NCBI GenBank assembly: GCA_963575745.1
Contig: CAUYUJ010000004.1
Coordinates: 372,001 to 436,000 of the forward strand
DNA length: 64,000 nucleotides
Reading direction: 5' to 3'
Source: Prorocentrum cordatum
Taxonomy: Eukaryota
A program made the translations under genes and the position numbers. Below are positions 59,694 to 64,000 of this stretch, piece after piece (the first letter of the stretch is position 1; every line of letters begins with the position of its first letter). The notes below the pieces were generated by a model. The model ran no database searches and was not told where the DNA came from. It worked only from the letters and a program-made list of their open reading frames with translations.

Positions 59694-62204
59694 TAAGCCT
59701 GCCACCTTGCCCGGCGCGCCGCGGACATACTTAGGCGGCAAGACGGACTCCGTCAGGATGACCTCCATGCCGAGGAAGAGCGGCAACAGCCCCGGCATTT
59801 TTCCAGTAGCGCCGATGTTGGGCCCCGCGCGCATCTCGTCGAAGTCAGGCTTCGCGAGGCGCGCAGCTGGTCTGTCGAGCGCCGTTTCGTAGAAGAGCAG
59901 CTGGCCAGCATCGCGCGCGTCAAGCTTGGCCTGCGCATGCATGGTGTAAGAGACGACGCGCCACTCATATTCCGACTCGTACCAGCCTCGGGCTGCACGC
60001 AACCAGTGGCCCCACTGGGGTTGCTGAGCGGCTTCGCCGGTGCTGGCAGCCGGCTGACCAGCACCGCTGGAGCTAACGATCTCTGTTTTGGGGGTCGCTT
60101 GCCAGCTCTCGTCAGAGATCTTTTTGCCGCCTGGAGTCCTCATGGCGTGAAGGACCTCGACCTGCAGCGGGTCTGTGAAGCGCTGCATCTGCGCGAAGTC
60201 GACGACGAACTCGAAGTCGGCGAGCAACTTCCGAGCCTGTTGGTGCTCGTAGGACTGGCCCGTGTGAGGCGCCAGCAGGGAGGCGCTGGCGGGGATCGGC
60301 GGTAACTGGTAGAAGTCCCCGCAGAGGATCTTCGCCGCCATGCGCCCCCACGTCTCCTGCGGGAGCATGTACTTGGTAGAATCGTGGTTGTACCGCAGCG
60401 CCCTGCCGTAGGTCGCGCGCAGTGCATCCGCATGCAGCAAGGGCCCCGGCACAGCACCCAGCTCATCGATCACGTCGACGCCGAGTGTGCCTGTGAGGCG
60501 GTCGAGCTTTTTCTGCGTCTGCGAGGTCAAGCGCGGCCTGGCGGTCTGCAGGGAGTCCGACATGAGGATGCCGTTGGAGGAGCGCAGCGTCCTCCCGCGC
60601 GGGCCGAGGTTGCGGGCCGCTTGGTTGGACTGTGCTTTGGCAAGGTAGCCGTGCACACCGAAGTAGGTGATGGCCATAGGCTCCACCACTCTGGAGAGGG
60701 CGCGTGTCTTGCCGACGCCGCCTCCTCCGAGCCAGATTGCTCTGTGGTTGCCCGTCGCGGACACCGCGGGGAGCAGATGCGCTGTCTCGTCTGGCCTGCC
60801 GTCAAAACGTTTCTGCAGGGACAGCGCGAACAACGCCGCCGCGTCAATCTGCGCCTCCGTGCACTCTGCATCAGTGACCAGCTTCCACGCAACAGCCGCG
60901 GGGCCCTGCATGGCCAAGAGCTGCGGCACGAGCTCCGGCTGCGCGTCCTCAGCAGCAGGCTGAGGGGCACCACTGGGTTGCCAGTCGCCCCCAACATCGG
61001 GCAAGGTCTCTCCATCCGGACTCGCTTGCTTCTTCTGGAGCGCAATGCTCTGCCGCTGTAGGGCCAGCATGTCAAAGAAGCTGTCGTCCAGCCGCGTGCC
61101 CAGATGCTCCCGCGCGCCGCTGCTGGCTGGCTGCGCAAAGCTCGCCTGCAGCATGCCGCCGTGCGCTCGGTCCAGGTTCTTCAGCTGCTTATCCGCGTAG
61201 CTGAGGCGGCTCTTCTGGCTCAAGCGCTGCAGTTGGTGTTGCTGCAGAGCCAGCTCGGTTGCTCTGGTGTGGTCCCGCAGCGGAAACATGGAGATCTCGG
61301 TAATTTCGGCGTCCTCAACTTCCTCCTCTACGTCGCTGCCACCGCCTCCGCCCGCGTCAACGAGCTCCAGCGGGGCCCGGCCCTTGGGTTCTTCGGCGTC
61401 GCTCGCGGAGTCCTCCTCCGCCTCCAGGTGCGCAGCCGCTGCCGGCCGCGGCTTAACCCGCGCCTCCGCCGCGGGGTCCACGTGCGCCAGCACGTCTCGC
61501 GCCACGTGCGCGCAGAACTCCGCCAAGGTGCACTGCCCCTCGTGCCGTCGGCAGCGGTGGTGACTGAAGGCGAGGACGCGCCGGGCCGCCTCCACAGGCG
61601 TGCGCCGCGCCAGCTGGGCTCTTGCGAAGTTCGCTAGGCTGAGGAGCACCAGCTCGCCCTCCTCGAGGTTCGCCCGGGGTTCTTTCAGCTCGGAGAAGAG
61701 GGTCGCGTCCGCGAGCGCGAGCCTCTTGCGGGCCAGGCGGCGCCTGGAGTCCGCGCGCGCCGCCAGCGCGTGGATCTCCGCGCGCCGAAGTCGCCGCGCC
61801 CGCTCGAACGAGTGTGGGCGCACGGCAGGGCAGTCGCAATTCTTCAACATATGGCTGTATTGGGTAACGCTGCCACAAGTGAGGGGACCCTCGCACGCCA
61901 AAGGCGTGAAGAGGAGGGCCTTGAAGAGCGAGTTCTGCTCTGGGTCCTGTGCCCAGGTCGGGCACTGGAAACCGTCGATGGCGGGGGCGTCCATCCGCGT
62001 CAATTGGACCTCCTGCACGTACCGCGGAGCCATGACGCAATGGTTCTCGAAGACGAAGAATCTCGGCCCAGAAGCTTTCACCCGGCTCGGCTTCAGGACT
62101 CGGCGGACGTACATCTTGTAGATGTAGTGCGGCATGGTCTGCAGGCGAGGGCCCTTGTGGGTGTAGTCGTCGGCCGCGTTCGCGCTGGCGGCGCGCGCCT
62201 GCAT
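59694..62204 (-). pseudogene. Helitron-type PIF1 helicase, N-terminal part plus upstream linker
   Basis: Walker A LGGGGVGKT, Ia AQSNQAARNLGPRGRTL, Walker B VIDELG, III CGDFYQLPPI, IV QMQRFTDP and LPLFLGMEVILTES. No HUH Rep motifs visible in the window. Confidence 0.88.
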
Positions 62205-62714
62205 ATCCTCGCACTCCGCACCGTGAAAGACTCAGGCTGAGGAGTAGCGCGAGCAGGCGCGGCCGCAGACGCGCCTCGGCCCCTCCCCGCGTGCTGAGAA
62301 GCGCCGCGGGAGGCCGAAGATGGGGGCGAGTTTCGCGGCGAGGCGAAGGCCATCGCAATGTAGACTGCGCAGGACAGGCACCTTGTGGCGAGGGGCATTG
62401 GAATGTCGGAGGCACGTTCTGGACCAAGGACGGCAATCAGAGGCAGAAGGGGAAATTGGATTGCATTAAGAGTGCGGGGGGCTTCGAACGCCGCAGCAAT
62501 AGCGCTAAGAACGCAAGGGCGGCAAGCAAAAGGTAGCCCGGGAATGGGGGCCTGGGAACTCGATGAACACAAAGTTTCCTACAGCTGGCTCCGGGCATTC
62601 ACAATGCATCCCGGGAATGGAGTTCTGGGAACTATGTGGCCCGGGAATGGAGTTCTGGGAACTCGACGAACACGAAGTGGCCTACAGTTGGATCTGGGCA
62701 TGAAAAAAAGGGGC

Positions 62715-62715
62715 C

Positions 62716-62746
<31 letters not shown>

Positions 62747-62795
62747 GACTACTACTACTACCATTACTACTACTACGACCACTACTACTACTAGA

Positions 62796-62842
<47 letters not shown>

Positions 62843-62891
62843 GACTACTACTACTACTACGACTACTACTACGACTACTACGACTACTACG

Positions 62892-62971
<80 letters not shown>

Positions 62972-62975
62972 CACT
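62715..62975. repeat. (ACT)n microsatellite
   Basis: Direct observation. Confidence 0.97.
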
Positions 62976-63559
62976 GCTAAAATTCCCCAAGGGGGTCGTC
63001 GGAGACGCCAGAGGCGTTGAAGTCCGAGGAGGAGAGGAGAAGGAAAGGACAGAGAGGGAGGACTCGGAGGCCCCTGGAGGGGGGGAATTGCCCATCCGAG
63101 GGAACGGTGCCCCCCCCCCTCCCCGTCGCGAAAACGAGGCACCAGCCGTGGCAACGACCCCCCCCCCTATCCCCCCCCGCGACCTGAGTAGACCACCCAA
63201 GCCAGCGGGGAGCGTCATAGGGGGCGGGGTTCTGACGCCGATGAAAGAAGAAGGAGGAGAGCGGGAGGCAAGGAACAGGCAGACGAAAGCCCTTTAAGGC
63301 TTTACCCGGCGTGTGGGCATGCCCTTTTTGGCTGTTGCGGGGGCAAGCCCGCGCGGTCGCCCGCAGGCGACAGGGCGCCCTGGCCCTCTTCGTGAGCGCG
63401 CAGGCGCGTGGCGTACTTCATGCGCATGATTGCCCGCTGAAGCGCCCCGCGGCACGACAGCGACGGTAAAGGGGCAAATTCGGCGACGCTGGGAGCCCCT
63501 AATGCGACGAGGAAGCTACAGATGCATCTTCTGTGACACTGGAGCCCCGCAGGACAAGT

Positions 63560-64000
63560 CAGCTCAGCCTGCCTCAGCCTCAGCCTGCATCAGCCTCGTC
63601 TCAGCCTCAGCCTGCGTCAGTCTCAGCCTGCTGCGCTCCCGCATACCCCTTCGGCCTCAGCCTGCCTCAGCCTCAGCCTGCATCAGCCTCAGCCTCAGCC
63701 TCAGCCTGCCTCAGCCTCAGCCTGCTGCGCCCCCGCATACTCCTGCGGCCTCAGCCTGCATCAGCCTCAGCCTGCATCAGCTTCAGTCTCAGCCTCAGCC
63801 TCACAGCCTGCCTCAGCCTCAGCCGTACCTCCGATGGCGCCGAGGTGGCTCCCGTGCGTTCCTGCACCACGGAACGCACCTCCGATGGCGCCAAGGTGGC
63901 TCCCGTGCGTACCTGCGCGCACGGAGCGCGTCTCCGATGGCGCTGAGGTGGTTCCCGTGCGTACCTGCACGCACGGAACGCACCTCCGATGGCGCCGAGG
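63560..64000 (+). repeat. (CCTCAG)n hexamer array, then a ~52-bp tandem repeat (ACCTCCGATGGCGCCGAGGTGGCTCCCGTGCG..) running off the window
   Basis: Direct observation. Confidence 0.9.

Overview
Eukaryotic, GC-rich, repeat-dominated DNA, most likely dinoflagellate. That inference rests on a relict spliced leader at 44302-44323 and on exons with GA/GC donors and AG|G acceptors. There is a 100-N gap at 9265-9364. No rRNA, tRNA or CRISPR was found. (1) 1.1-18.9 kb is a set of non-coding elements with fixed ends, CATGAT..CCCGGAAAG(G) on the left and GGGC-N4-GCYC-TTTCCGGGAA on the right. They insert into A-runs without a target duplication and nest up to four deep, which resembles non-autonomous Helitron2/Helentron elements. 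(2) A decayed Ty1/copia RT-RNase H region (10413-11890) is split by one of these stacks, with a 32-bp duplication. Removing the stack puts RNase H in frame with a ~8-kb downstream coding region (18886-26968). That region carries a Tpt1/KptA (RNA 2'-phosphotransferase)-like domain, a possible SGNH-like domain and Cys/His motifs, followed by a PPT and candidate LTR. (3) A PIF1-family helicase (Helitron-type) lies in two halves 16 kb apart that rejoin in frame. (4) The rest holds two probable host exons, a decayed DDE-transposase-like gene, an unknown decayed gene, a CCT2 fragment, a MITE with an 8-bp TSD and many micro/minisatellites. All protein calls come from motifs recognised by eye; no database search was run.
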